Below are positions 25,820-35,589 of a DNA stretch of 56,299 nucleotides, in pieces. Numbering within the stretch: position 1 is the first letter of the stretch; each line of letters opens with the position of its first letter. A program made the position numbers and the translations under genes. The notes beneath the pieces were generated by a model. The model ran no database searches and was not told where the DNA came from. It was given only the letters and a program-made list of their open reading frames with translations. Source of the stretch: Nitrospinaceae bacterium (lineage in GTDB: Bacteria > Nitrospinota > Nitrospinia > Nitrospinales > VA-1); the NCBI GenBank assembly GCA_029261695.1, contig JAJDAV010000113.1:1-56299 (forward strand), read 5' to 3'.

Positions 25820-27310
25820 ATGAAATTAATTGGCAAGCAAACAAATATTTTAGCGCTGCGCAAAATATCTAATTTATTCCAGACCACTTCACTAGAGGTC
25901 GATGAGCTCTTGGCTATGGTCATGGATACTGCAAAAGAAATTGTGGGCGTAAAAAATGGTTCTCTGTTATTGGTGCAAGACGAAAAAACTTTCAAGCTTC
26001 AATTCTATCAGGCTTCAGGCAAAAATATGGGGCAGTTGAAGGAAATTGATTTGCCCCCAGGAGTAGGGATATCTGGGTATGTTGCAAAAACCGGGGAATC
26101 CATTATCTGCAACGATGTTTCGAAAGATTCGCGATGGTACCAAAAAGTCAGTGAGAAGGTAAAAATTCCTGTTCAATCTATGGCGAGCTTTCCACTTATT
26201 CTCGAAAAAAAGGTCATTGGGGTCGTACAGTTTTTAGACAAGATCGACGAGGGTACTTTCTCCAAAGAAGATGCGGTAATTTTAGGACAGTTTGCCAATT
26301 TGATGGCAAAATTTTTCCAGGTCTCAAGAAATAGAAAACTACTTGGAGAAGAATTTGGTCGACTAAAAGAACAGTATTTACAGCGTTATGCCATTGTTGG
26401 TGAAAGCGCAGCCATTAGAAAATGCATAAGTATTGCCGAAAAAGTTGCAGACTCTAAAGCTGCAGTTTTGTTAACTGGTGAAAGCGGGACGGGCAAAGAA
26501 TTATTCGCCCACCTGATCCATGATCGAGGCGAAAGGCAGACCAAGCCTTTTGTATCTGTAAGCTGCGGTGCACTGCCAGCATCCATACTCGAACGCGAAT
26601 TATTTGGTCATGAAAAAGGTGCTTTTACTGGCGCCGACTCACAAAAGATTGGGCTTTTTGAAGCTGCCGATACCGGAACATTGTTTCTTGATGAGATAGG
26701 TGAATTACCCATGGATATGCAAGTAAAGCTACTCCGGGTAATTCAAGAAGAATCTTTTATCCGTTTGGGTGGCACTAAAACCATTGAAGTTGATGTCAGG
26801 CTGGTCACCGCAACCAATCGTGACTTAGAAAAGGAAGTAAGAGAAGGAAATTTCAGGCAAGATCTTTTTTATAGGATTAATGTAATAAAAATTACTCTTC
26901 CTCCTCTAAGAGAAAAAATGGAAGATTTACCGGATCTGGTTTCCTTTTTTATGAAAAAACACACTCCCGAAAACCAGCCGGTAAAAAAGACATCCAAAAG
27001 CCTGATCCCCCATCTAATGAGTTATTCCTGGCCCGGAAACATCAGGGAATTGGAAAACTCCGTAGAGCGCGCCATTGTTTTAAGTGATGACGCAGAGCTT
27101 ACTCCAGAGGCCTTTCCCTTTGAAACTTCGCATTTACCGATTGAATTAAATGTAGGGTCCACCTTAAAAGAGGCAGGAGATTCTTTTCGAAAAACCTTCA
27201 TTACCAATACTCTAAAATCTACCTCAGGCAATCGCACAAAAGCAGCTAAAATCCTTGACGTTCAACGCTCCTACCTTTCTCGCCTGATAAAAGAACTGGA
27301 AATCGATTAA
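25820..27310 (+). CDS. sigma-54-dependent transcriptional activator (GAF sensor - AAA+ - Fis-type HTH; no receiver domain)
   Basis: 496 aa. N-terminal GAF-like region; Walker A GESGTGKE; sigma-54 contact loop GAFTGA; Walker [11 protein letters not shown]-terminal [27 protein letters not shown]. Confidence 0.9.
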   Translation: MKLIGKQTNILALRKISNLFQTTSLEVDELLAMVMDTAKEIVGVKNGSLLLVQDEKTFKLQFYQASGKNMGQLKEIDLPPGVGISGYVAKTGESIICNDVSKDSRWYQKVSEKVKIPVQSMASFPLILEKKVIGVVQFLDKIDEGTFSKEDAVILGQFANLMAKFFQVSRNRKLLGEEFGRLKEQYLQRYAIVGESAAIRKCISIAEKVADSKAAVLLTGESGTGKELFAHLIHDRGERQTKPFVSVSCGALPASILERELFGHEKGAFTGADSQKIGLFEAADTGTLFLDEIGELPMDMQVKLLRVIQEESFIRLGGTKTIEVDVRLVTATNRDLEKEVREGNFRQDLFYRINVIKITLPPLREKMEDLPDLVSFFMKKHTPENQPVKKTSKSLIPHLMSYSWPGNIRELENSVERAIVLSDDAELTPEAFPFETSHLPIELNVGSTLKEAGDSFRKTFITNTLKSTSGNRTKAAKILDVQRSYLSRLIKELEID

Positions 27311-27384
27311 TTATATCCTTTTTAAATTCTGTTAATATAATCCGCGTAAAATAAGATTCATCCACACAACTTGAAAGGAAGCAG

Positions 27385-28239
27385 ATGGTCCTGATTGATG
27401 GTAAAAAAGTATCCATAGAGATTCGTAACCGCTTGGCCGAAGAGACACAGGAACTAAAGAAAAAAACCGGAAAAATACCTGGCCTGGCAACAGTTCTTGT
27501 TGGTGATGATCCCGCATCCGCTGTTTACGTTAGAAACAAAAATAAGACATGCCTTGAATTGGGTTATCAATCTTTTGAAAAAAAATTATCTTCCGATATC
27601 TCAGAAACTCAATTGTTACAGTTGATAAAAGAATTAAATTCCAATGAAGATGTTCATGGTATTTTGGTTCAGCTTCCTTTGCCCGACCAAATTGACTCTG
27701 AAAAAATTCTTCAAGCAATCGATCCCGATAAAGATGTTGATGGTTTTCATCCGATAAATGTTGGTAGGTTGGTAGTAGGCAATGCTCTATTAACGCCATG
27801 CACTCCAACAGGAATCATTGAATTACTCGACCACTATGGCATCGAAATTTCCGGGAAACACGCTGTCATTATGGGAAGAAGTAATATCGTGGGGAAACCC
27901 GTATCCATGCTACTGCTGCAACGCAATGCCACAATCACCATCTGCCATTCACGCACTAAAAATTTGGAAGAGGTTACACGTTGCGCTGATATCTTAGTGG
28001 CAGCAGTGGGTCGAGCTAATTTTGTCACCGCAGAAATGGTGAGCGAAGACACTGTAGTAATTGATGTCGGCATCAATCGCGTTGATGGAAAGTTAACTGG
28101 CGATGTTGATTTCGAACCAGTTTCAAAAAAAGCTTCACATATCACCCCCGTACCAGGGGGAGTCGGACCCATGACCATTGCCCTTCTTATGGAAAACACA
28201 TTAAAGGCTTTTAAAAAATCTATTGAAGAAGAATCCTAA
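27385..28239 (+). CDS. folD: bifunctional methylenetetrahydrofolate dehydrogenase / methenyl-THF cyclohydrolase
   Basis: 284 aa with LATVLVGDDPASAVYVRNK, DVDGFHPINVGRL, GRSNIVGKP and TPVPGGVGPMT. Confidence 0.93.
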   Translation: MVLIDGKKVSIEIRNRLAEETQELKKKTGKIPGLATVLVGDDPASAVYVRNKNKTCLELGYQSFEKKLSSDISETQLLQLIKELNSNEDVHGILVQLPLPDQIDSEKILQAIDPDKDVDGFHPINVGRLVVGNALLTPCTPTGIIELLDHYGIEISGKHAVIMGRSNIVGKPVSMLLLQRNATITICHSRTKNLEEVTRCADILVAAVGRANFVTAEMVSEDTVVIDVGINRVDGKLTGDVDFEPVSKKASHITPVPGGVGPMTIALLMENTLKAFKKSIEEES

Positions 28240-28261
28240 TTTACAATCTCCTTAAGACTCA

Positions 28262-29692
28262 ATGATACAAAACAGACAAGCACGGACAAAAAAGCAGCCT
28301 GGTTTGGAAAAAAACACGGGTGAAATTTCTGTCGACTCAGAAGCCATTAGTCAGGAAGGACAACCGCAGGTATACCAGGTAAGCCAATTGACTCGCGATA
28401 TCAAAGCGATCATGGAAGCGGCGTTTGACTCTATCTGGGTAGAAGGGGAAATTTCAAATTTCAGAACGGTAGCTTCAGGCCATAGTTATTTTGTTCTAAA
28501 GGACGATAAATCCCAAATTCGTTGCGTGTTGTTTAAAGGGCATAGAGCAGGAATAAAATTCCAACCCGAAGATGGAGACCAGGTTTTATTGTTTGGGAGA
28601 ATTACCGTTTATGATGCGCGCGGGGAATACCAGATAGTCACAGAAAGCATGGAACCACGAGGCTTAGGTGCTTTGCAAAAAGCATTTGAACAGCTGAAGG
28701 TCAAGCTTGAAAAAGAAGGACTATTCGATGAAGAAAAAAAGAAGCCTCTACCAGAGTTTCCATGGAAAATCGGTGTAGTTACATCATCAACGGGTGCTGC
28801 GGTGAGAGACATCCTAAATATTATTAGAAGAAGAAACTCAAAAGTTTCTGTTTTGCTATGCCCAGCAAAGGTTCAGGGCGAAGGCGCCGCAGAAGAAATT
28901 GCACGAGGCATCCATGATCTAAACCAAAGAAAAGATATAGAAGTGATAATTATTGGACGAGGTGGTGGTTCATTGGAAGATCTATGGGCTTTCAACGAAG
29001 AGGAAGTTGCCAGAGCCATTGCCGCTTCGCACATTCCAATAGTTTCGGCTGTCGGGCATGAAATAGATTTTACAATATCAGATTTCGTGGCGGACTTACG
29101 TGCGCCAACCCCATCAGCAGCGGCCGAGCTAACAGTGCCTCTTCTTAGTGAAACATTACGAGAAATCTCAACGCTGAATGAAACACTCATTAATTCTTTA
29201 CAACAAAAACTGCAATATTATTATGATTTGTTAAAGAGGTTAATGGATAGAAGATTTTTTCACCAGCCTAGAGAAATATTCAATCCACAAACCCAGCGAG
29301 TTGATGAACTGCATTCTCGACTCCTTAGAGGGCTGGAACAAAGCCTTCTAAGCCAGCAGCAAAAATTGCAGGATAAAATTCATCGGCTATTTCAAGCCTC
29401 TCCAGAAAAAAGCATTCCGCATTTGAAAGAGAGTCTGGCTATGCTGCAAAAAAGAATGTTTCATATTATTCAATCAAAATTGCTCATTAAAAAAGAACGG
29501 TTTGAAGGAACAATAAAAAACCTGAATGCCTTTAATCCGCTTTCCATTTTAGAAAGAGGATATAGTATTTGTTCGAAAGATAACAAATCATTGAAAAGCG
29601 CAGAAGGAATTAATACGGGAGACTCTATCGAAGTTAGGCTTTTCCGTGGAAAGCTGGATTGCACAGTGAAGGAAATTACAAAGGAAAACTAA
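28262..29692 (+). CDS. xseA: exodeoxyribonuclease VII large subunit
   Basis: 476 aa with the OB-fold block IWVEGEISNFR...SGHSYFVLKD, the catalytic region IGVVTSSTGAAVRDI and GRGGGSLEDLWAFNEE, and a C-terminal coiled coil. Confidence 0.9.
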   Translation: MIQNRQARTKKQPGLEKNTGEISVDSEAISQEGQPQVYQVSQLTRDIKAIMEAAFDSIWVEGEISNFRTVASGHSYFVLKDDKSQIRCVLFKGHRAGIKFQPEDGDQVLLFGRITVYDARGEYQIVTESMEPRGLGALQKAFEQLKVKLEKEGLFDEEKKKPLPEFPWKIGVVTSSTGAAVRDILNIIRRRNSKVSVLLCPAKVQGEGAAEEIARGIHDLNQRKDIEVIIIGRGGGSLEDLWAFNEEEVARAIAASHIPIVSAVGHEIDFTISDFVADLRAPTPSAAAELTVPLLSETLREISTLNETLINSLQQKLQYYYDLLKRLMDRRFFHQPREIFNPQTQRVDELHSRLLRGLEQSLLSQQQKLQDKIHRLFQASPEKSIPHLKESLAMLQKRMFHIIQSKLLIKKERFEGTIKNLNAFNPLSILERGYSICSKDNKSLKSAEGINTGDSIEVRLFRGKLDCTVKEITKEN

Positions 29693-29709
29693 TGCTGCTC
29701 TCGGTTTCG

Positions 29710-30066
29710 CTAAAGATCTTTAATGGATAAGATCCCGACAACTTCATTATTTTGAGTAACCGTAAGATGACGAACAGACTTCTCGCGCAACATTTCGCGG
29801 GCAGCCTCAAGGGATTCTCCAGAATCAATGGTATATAGAGGTTGAGACATTACTTCGGAAACCTTGAGCGATTTGGCATCCAGGTTTTTAATGAGAACAC
29901 GTTTCATTAAATCGGTTTTAGTTACAATGCCAATAAATTCCCCCTTTTCAGTAATAAGAAGGGAACCGACTTTATTTTCATAAATAATCTCGGCAGCATT
30001 ATTAACTGTTTTGTCCAGATCAATGGAAAGAACCGGACTGGTCATTCGTGTTTTAATTGTTTCCAA
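29710..30066 (-). CDS. CBS-pair domain protein
   Basis: 118 aa with two CBS motifs (MTSPVLSIDLDKTV...LITEKGEFIGIVTKTDL; MSQPLYTIDSGESL...HLTVTQNNEVVGILSIKDL). Confidence 0.8.
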   Translation of the reverse strand: METIKTRMTSPVLSIDLDKTVNNAAEIIYENKVGSLLITEKGEFIGIVTKTDLMKRVLIKNLDAKSLKVSEVMSQPLYTIDSGESLEAAREMLREKSVRHLTVTQNNEVVGILSIKDL

Positions 30067-30163
30067 AATTGCACCAACAGAAGTTTATCAAACTAAATAA
30101 TAACAAATATAAGTTTAACCTTTATTTGTTGTCAATATAAACCTGCTTTTAAAGAGGCCTACT

Positions 30164-30403
30164 ATGGGTGAAGTGAAATTTGAAAAAGCCATTCAAAGAT
30201 TAGAAAAAATTGTCGATGACCTTGAGAAAGGTGAGCTAGATATTGACAAATCTCTAGAAATTTTTGAGGAAGGGATTAAAATGTCCCGTATTTGCTCCAA
30301 AAAACTAAATGAGGCAGAAGCAAAAATTGAAAAACTCACCCGAGATCAAAAAGGAGAGTTAGTCTCTGAGCTTTTTCCTGTGGAAGATGAAAATGACCAA
30401 TAA
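30164..30403 (+). CDS. xseB: exodeoxyribonuclease VII small subunit
   Basis: 79 aa. FEKAIQRLEKIVDDLEKGELDIDKSLEIFEEGIKMSRIC is the classic XseB helix-hairpin. Confidence 0.9.
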   Translation: MGEVKFEKAIQRLEKIVDDLEKGELDIDKSLEIFEEGIKMSRICSKKLNEAEAKIEKLTRDQKGELVSELFPVEDENDQ

Positions 30404-31183
30404 AAAAATTAAAATCCGCCTGGATCAGTTATTGGTAAAAAAAAACTCGCGAGCACGAGAGAAAAAGCTCGTGCCATTATTCTTGCTGGCAAAGTAAGGA
30501 TTCAAAATGCCATCGCGGACAAACCCGGAAAGATTTTTGATGAAAATATCGAAATATTCGTGGCAGGCGAGGAGCACCCTTTTGCCAGTCGCGGTGGCCT
30601 AAAACTCGAACGCGCCTTAGAACATTTCAATATTGACGTTAAGGATAAAACTGCCTTGGATATTGGTGCATCGACGGGTGGATTCACCGATTGCCTTCTA
30701 CAAAAAGGTGCGGCAAAGGTTTATGCGGTAGATGTTGGTTATGGGCAACTGGATTGGAAATTAAGAAAAGACCCGCGTGTTGTTTGCCTTGATCGAATGA
30801 ACGCGCGAAATATAACACGCGAAGATTTAAACGATGACCCACAATTGGCGGTGATCGACGTTTCATTTATATCCCTGCGTTTGATTCTCCCACCCCTTTT
30901 TAAAATTCTAAAACAGAACGACGACTTGATCGCCTTGGTAAAGCCTCAGTTCGAGGTCGGGAAAGAGGAAGTCGAGAATAAAGGAATAATTAAAGATCCC
31001 GTTAAACGCATCAATGTTCTTTTACGACTGCACAAATTTATTTCCGAAAAATCCTGGTCTCTACGTCACATTGTGGAATCCCCAATACAGGGGCAAAAAG
31101 GCAACCACGAATACCTTATTCACTGCACTTCTACAGGCGCTGCATTAAATGAAGAAGATATCAGGCAAGTGGTTGTTGACTAA
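30393..31183 (+). CDS. tlyA: TlyA-family 16S/23S rRNA (cytidine-2'-O)-methyltransferase, reading frame broken in an A9 run (frameshift or sequencing error)
   Basis: ATG 30393 overlaps the xseB stop and encodes MTNKKIKIRLDQLLVKK (start of the S4 domain). After the A9 run (30437-30445) this frame stops at 30495-30497. The frame shifted by one base reads LASTREKARAIILAGKVRIQNAIADKPGKIF...FASRGGLKLERAL...DIGASTGGFTDCLL...DVSFISL, which is the track ORF 30560..31183. Confidence 0.8.
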
Positions 31184-31536
31184 AGCTCATCTTTATAGAC
31201 TGTAAAACTATCGACAGGATAAACAAGGTGAGTGTCGCCCCATTGATTTTTTGATTGAGTATCCCACTGGCTTTCGTCTTCAAGCAATTTCATGCGCACT
31301 CCGCCTGATCCTCCGTAAATAAGCAAGGCGATTCCATCGCCCGATTCTTCAACTTTGCAGGCATAGGCAGCGCAAGGCAAATTGGTTTCTGCATTCCAAC
31401 CCGTAATTTGCACAGGCTGTTCTTCGTCATTGATATTATATTTGATGCAGTACAATTCTCGGACAGGGCTAACATCCCTATAAACCATGTCGAAGCTTCG
31501 CTCAATATTGGGATTGGATTCAATTTCAAGAAACAA
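31180..31536 (-). CDS. hypothetical protein (118 aa)
   Basis: Clean ORF, acidic, with no recognised motif. Its stop (31180-31182) overlaps the tlyA stop (31181-31183) in convergent orientation. Confidence 0.45.
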   Translation of the reverse strand: MFLEIESNPNIERSFDMVYRDVSPVRELYCIKYNINDEEQPVQITGWNAETNLPCAAYACKVEESGDGIALLIYGGSGGVRMKLLEDESQWDTQSKNQWGDTHLVYPVDSFTVYKDEL

Positions 31537-31655
31537 AATAATTCTCCATTAGTCGATATGTACTATTTTACTATTTTTATTACAGCAGGGTAAAGGAGAG
31601 CGGGAAATTTTAAAAGTGAAGGATGCTTGTAAATACAGAGATAAAAACCGAAGCT

Positions 31656-32696
31656 TTAATGGCTGGCAGCAGCTCGTTTGGCCCCTGTTTTGGCAAGGTC
31701 TGCTTTTTGGGGAGCTACTTTTGCCGCGGCCGCATCAGCAAGGATCTTAATGAAATTGACAAGAATCCGGGTATCAAAATGGCCTGTCATGTTATTTTTC
31801 ATTTCATTAACTGCCGCAAATGGGGTGAGTGCTTTGCGGTTCACTCGTAATGCAGTCAACGCTCCAAACACATCCATAATGCTCACCACTCGAGCAAACA
31901 AAGAAATCTTTTCTCCCTTTAACTGGAAAGGATACCCAGTGCCATCAAATCTTTCACGATGTTCTACAGCCATTTTCAAAATATTGTCACTGTAGCATTT
32001 CATATCATTAAGTATTTTTTTTGTAGCAGAAGGAATTTTACGAATCACTTGAAAATCTTCGGGCGATAACTGGCCTTCTTTTTGGAGCAATTCGTAGGGA
32101 ATGGACTTCTTACCTATAGAGAAAAGCATTCCACCTAAACCAATTTCCCGAACAGCTTCAGGCTTCATTTTTAATTTATTAGCTAAAGCCATGCAGTACA
32201 TCCCCGTGTTAGTGCTATGGGTATAAGAATGAAAATCTTTCTTTGTTATTAAAAAAACATCAATAAATTCGAGTTGGCCTTGTGCCAGGCAGTCCTGAAT
32301 AACTGCGATGAGGTCTTCAAGGGTACGTAAAATTCGAGAAGAACCTATATTCTCAAAATATTCTTTTATAATTTGCTCGTTTAACAGGTAGGCAGACTTC
32401 AATACTTGCTTGGGAGGCTCACCATTTTTTAGAGCTTCTGATAAAGTTTTAACCCTAAAATTTTTGTAATACTTGATCAGGTCCGTTTCATGGATAAAAA
32501 ACTCCATGCAATCGTCCCCATCCATCATCTTTTTAATTTTTTCGTGATTTTCGGGAGTGTACTGGACAAACTTTCTGAATAAAGGCTGGTCGTTATCATC
32601 GTATTCAGCTAAATACGAGATCTCGAAACCCTGCCCACAGGATTTATTCAGAAAACCGCTATTTATTTCGCGGTAAAAATGAGCAATAGAGTCCAT
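31656..32696 (-). CDS. HD-GYP-domain protein with degenerate metal-binding motifs and an unassigned N-terminal domain
   Basis: 346 aa. The GYP block is HRERFDGTGYP. The canonical LHDIGK reads LFSIGK, HHE reads HRE, and DVFDAL reads DVFGAL (see findings). Confidence 0.75.
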   Translation of the reverse strand: MDSIAHFYREINSGFLNKSCGQGFEISYLAEYDDNDQPLFRKFVQYTPENHEKIKKMMDGDDCMEFFIHETDLIKYYKNFRVKTLSEALKNGEPPKQVLKSAYLLNEQIIKEYFENIGSSRILRTLEDLIAVIQDCLAQGQLEFIDVFLITKKDFHSYTHSTNTGMYCMALANKLKMKPEAVREIGLGGMLFSIGKKSIPYELLQKEGQLSPEDFQVIRKIPSATKKILNDMKCYSDNILKMAVEHRERFDGTGYPFQLKGEKISLFARVVSIMDVFGALTALRVNRKALTPFAAVNEMKNNMTGHFDTRILVNFIKILADAAAAKVAPQKADLAKTGAKRAAASH

Positions 32697-33063
32697 TCGT
32701 TGCTTACTTCTCCCCAGAATAAGCCAGCTTTTAAATTGACAGGCGCATAAATTTCAACTTCGCCGACTATTCTATATTATTCCAATTTGTGATTACATAC
32801 AATATAATTAATAACCCTTAAAAAGTCAATAGGTTACGAAAAAAACCTAATTGTTTTATGATTTCGAAATCAGGAACAAATCCTCCTCATTTAGAGGGTT
32901 AAAACCTGAATTTTCAAAACCGTATAAAATTAGAGATTTAGGGTCCTTTTTCTAATTCGGATATTTTTTCAAAAATATTACAATTAAATTCTCAATCGTA
33001 GGTAAAATAGAAAAAATTTGGGGCAAATTTTCACAGTATTTGGATACAGGAGAGAAAGAAATT

Positions 33064-33816
33064 ATGTATAAATTGGTTTTATTAAGGCATGGCCAAAGTC
33101 AATGGAATCTTGAAAACCGGTTTACCGGCTGGACAGATGTCGACCTTACCGATCAAGGAAGAAATGAGGCCAAAGCGGCAGGGGAGCTTTTTCTAAAAGA
33201 GAATATTACATTTGATTTGGCCTACACTTCTGTTTTAAAACGTGCGATTCGAACCCTGTGGATCGTGCTCGATAAAATGGACTTGATGTGGATTCCTGTC
33301 ATTCGCTCCTGGCAACTTAATGAAAGACATTATGGGAATTTGCAGGGACTTGATAAATCCGAAACCGCCGAGAAACATAGCGCTGAACAGGTAAAAATTT
33401 GGCGTCGCAGCTATGCAACTCCTCCGCCTCCCTTGCCTGATGATGACGAACGACTTCCCTCTAAAGATAGCCGCTACGCCGGGGTTCCTGAAAACCAACT
33501 TCCCAAAACCGAAGCCTTGAAACACACGGTGGATCGTTTCATTCCTTATTGGTCAGAAGAAATTGTCCCTTCAATTAAAGCAGGTAAAAATGTTTTGATT
33601 TGCGCACATGGAAACAGTTTGCGGGCACTGGTCAAACATCTCGATGGGGTGAGCGATGAAGATATCACCGAATTAAATATTCCAACAGGAATCCCTCTGG
33701 TTTACGAACTCGATGAAAATTTAAAAGCCATTAAGCACTATTATTTGGGTGATCCAGAAGCCGCCAAAAAAGCTGCCGATGCCGTCGCCAACCAAGCAGC
33801 CAGCGGTAACAAATAA
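33064..33816 (+). CDS. gpmA: 2,3-bisphosphoglycerate-dependent phosphoglycerate mutase
   Basis: Motifs: [15 protein letters not shown] (RHG phosphohistidine motif), [21 protein letters not shown] place the start at ATG 33064, preceded by AGGAGA. The track ORF begins at TTG 33040. Confidence 0.92.
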   Translation: MYKLVLLRHGQSQWNLENRFTGWTDVDLTDQGRNEAKAAGELFLKENITFDLAYTSVLKRAIRTLWIVLDKMDLMWIPVIRSWQLNERHYGNLQGLDKSETAEKHSAEQVKIWRRSYATPPPPLPDDDERLPSKDSRYAGVPENQLPKTEALKHTVDRFIPYWSEEIVPSIKAGKNVLICAHGNSLRALVKHLDGVSDEDITELNIPTGIPLVYELDENLKAIKHYYLGDPEAAKKAADAVANQAASGNK

Positions 33817-33866
33817 CCTGGCAGAGCGTAAAACTTCTAGAAATATTTTTTTCTTCTTTTAAATCT

Positions 33867-33882
33867 CCCCCTGCAAAGGGGG
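33867..33882. repeat. C5T/AG5 tetraloop hairpin (CCCCCT-GCAA-AGGGGG) between convergent gpmA and recN
   Basis: Read directly: 6-bp stem 33867-33872/33877-33882. It abuts the recN stop codon (33883-33885). Confidence 0.55.
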
Positions 33883-35580
33883 CTAGTCAGGCTGGATGAG
33901 TTCCCGTGCGTGCTTTAATGACGCTTCGGTGATTTTTTCCCCGCTCGACATTCTAGCCAACTCTTCCACACGTTCTTCAAAATCCAGTTGCCGAATTCCC
34001 GACCGTGTCCGTTTTCCCTCGACTTGTTTTTCAACACGATAATGGGTGGATGCCATGCCTGCAATTTGCGGGAGGTGGGTTATGCAAAACACTTGTTTGG
34101 TTTTTGCGACTTTTTTGAGCTTGTCGCCGACTTTTTCAGCTACGCGCCCTCCTATTCCGGTATCGACTTCATCGAAGATCATTACGGGAACAGTATCCTG
34201 TTTATTTAAAATAGATTTTAATGCCAGCATTATTCGCGACAGCTCTCCACCCGAAGCAATTTTGGCAAGCGGACGCAGTTCTTCACCGGGATTAGGAGAA
34301 AATAAAAACTCCAAATTTCCCAAACCAATAGATGTGGGTTTTAATTTTTCTTTTCGGTACTCAACGAATCCTTTTGGGTCGGGCGGGTATTTAAAATCTA
34401 CTCCAAAACGAACGCCATTCATATGCAGTTCTTTTAACTCTTTTTCAACGCCCTGCTTCAAAGATTTGGCGCCAGCCTCACGCTTATCAGCAAGTTCGAC
34501 CGCCAACTCAGATACAATTTTTTCTTTACTCACAATATCCGCTGCTAGCTGTTTCACGCTCTCTTCGTTGCCAGCTAACTGTTCCAATTCAGAGGCAAAT
34601 TGATCACGCTTGGCAAGAATTTCCGAAACATCGTTCCCATATTTTCTTTTAAGCCCGTTGATTTCAGCTAGCCGGTCTTCTATCTCCTCCAGTCTTGCCG
34701 GGTCAAAATTTAGAGTTCGATCATGCGATCTCAAAGCATCTTCAACTTCTTCCAGTTCATAAAAGGCTGACTGAGACCTTTCAAAGGGCGATGCAAGGTC
34801 CTTATCCACATCTACTAAAGGCTCTAGCTCTTTTAGTACTTGTCGTAAACTTTCCAAAATCGAACCGCTTTGCTCTGACAATAAAGATTGGCTTTGCTGT
34901 AAAGCTGAGCGAATTTTTTCTGAATGACGTAGCTTGTTTTTTTCAGCTTTGATTTCTTCTTCCTCTTCTTTGGAAAGATTTGCGGCATCAATTTCTGAAA
35001 TTTGAAATCCCAAAAACTCTTCCCTTTGCAGACGTTCTTGTTCATCAGTATTTAACGATTGCAGGGTATTCACCAGTTTCTGGTATTCCAAAAATTCCTT
35101 AGAGAACTTATCGCGATAAGGTTTCGATTTGCCAAACAAGTCCAACAAATCCACATGAATTTCAGGGTGTAAAAGAGTTTGATGGTCGTGTTGCCCGTGA
35201 AGATCTACCAATCGATTGCCAATTTTTGCGAGAGTGGAAACGGTGATCTGGCTATCGTTAAGGAAACAGCGGTTCTTGTCGGAATTGGAAATTTGTCTTT
35301 TTATATGAAACTCACCTTCTTCTGCCTCAACGCCAATTTCTTGCGCCATTGCCAGGATATCTTTATTCGATATTTGGAAAATGCCTTCGACCAATGCTGT
35401 GGTTTCACCGGTGCGAATGGAATCGGTATCTGCCCTGCCTCCAAGAAGTAAATTTAGCGCATCTATGATGATAGATTTACCGGCTCCAGTTTCACCGGTC
35501 AATACATTCAACCCTTTCTCAAAATTCACCACGAGATTTTCAATAATGGCAAAATTCTGAATTCTGATTTCTTTTAGCAT
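33883..35580 (-). CDS. recN: DNA repair protein RecN (SMC-like ATPase)
   Basis: 565 aa with Walker A GETGAGKS, a long coiled coil, signature ASGGELSRIMLALK, and Walker B VMIFDEVDTGIGG. Confidence 0.93.
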   Translation of the reverse strand: MLKEIRIQNFAIIENLVVNFEKGLNVLTGETGAGKSIIIDALNLLLGGRADTDSIRTGETTALVEGIFQISNKDILAMAQEIGVEAEEGEFHIKRQISNSDKNRCFLNDSQITVSTLAKIGNRLVDLHGQHDHQTLLHPEIHVDLLDLFGKSKPYRDKFSKEFLEYQKLVNTLQSLNTDEQERLQREEFLGFQISEIDAANLSKEEEEEIKAEKNKLRHSEKIRSALQQSQSLLSEQSGSILESLRQVLKELEPLVDVDKDLASPFERSQSAFYELEEVEDALRSHDRTLNFDPARLEEIEDRLAEINGLKRKYGNDVSEILAKRDQFASELEQLAGNEESVKQLAADIVSKEKIVSELAVELADKREAGAKSLKQGVEKELKELHMNGVRFGVDFKYPPDPKGFVEYRKEKLKPTSIGLGNLEFLFSPNPGEELRPLAKIASGGELSRIMLALKSILNKQDTVPVMIFDEVDTGIGGRVAEKVGDKLKKVAKTKQVFCITHLPQIAGMASTHYRVEKQVEGKRTRSGIRQLDFEERVEELARMSSGEKITEASLKHARELIQPD

Positions 35581-35589
35581 GGCATTTTT

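Noticed and set aside
34046-34603. 185-aa plus-strand ORF inside recN, with 33988..34209, 34695..34952 and 35179..35451
   Set aside because: They are antisense to RecN, Ser/Pro-rich and low-complexity, which is typical of shadow ORFs.
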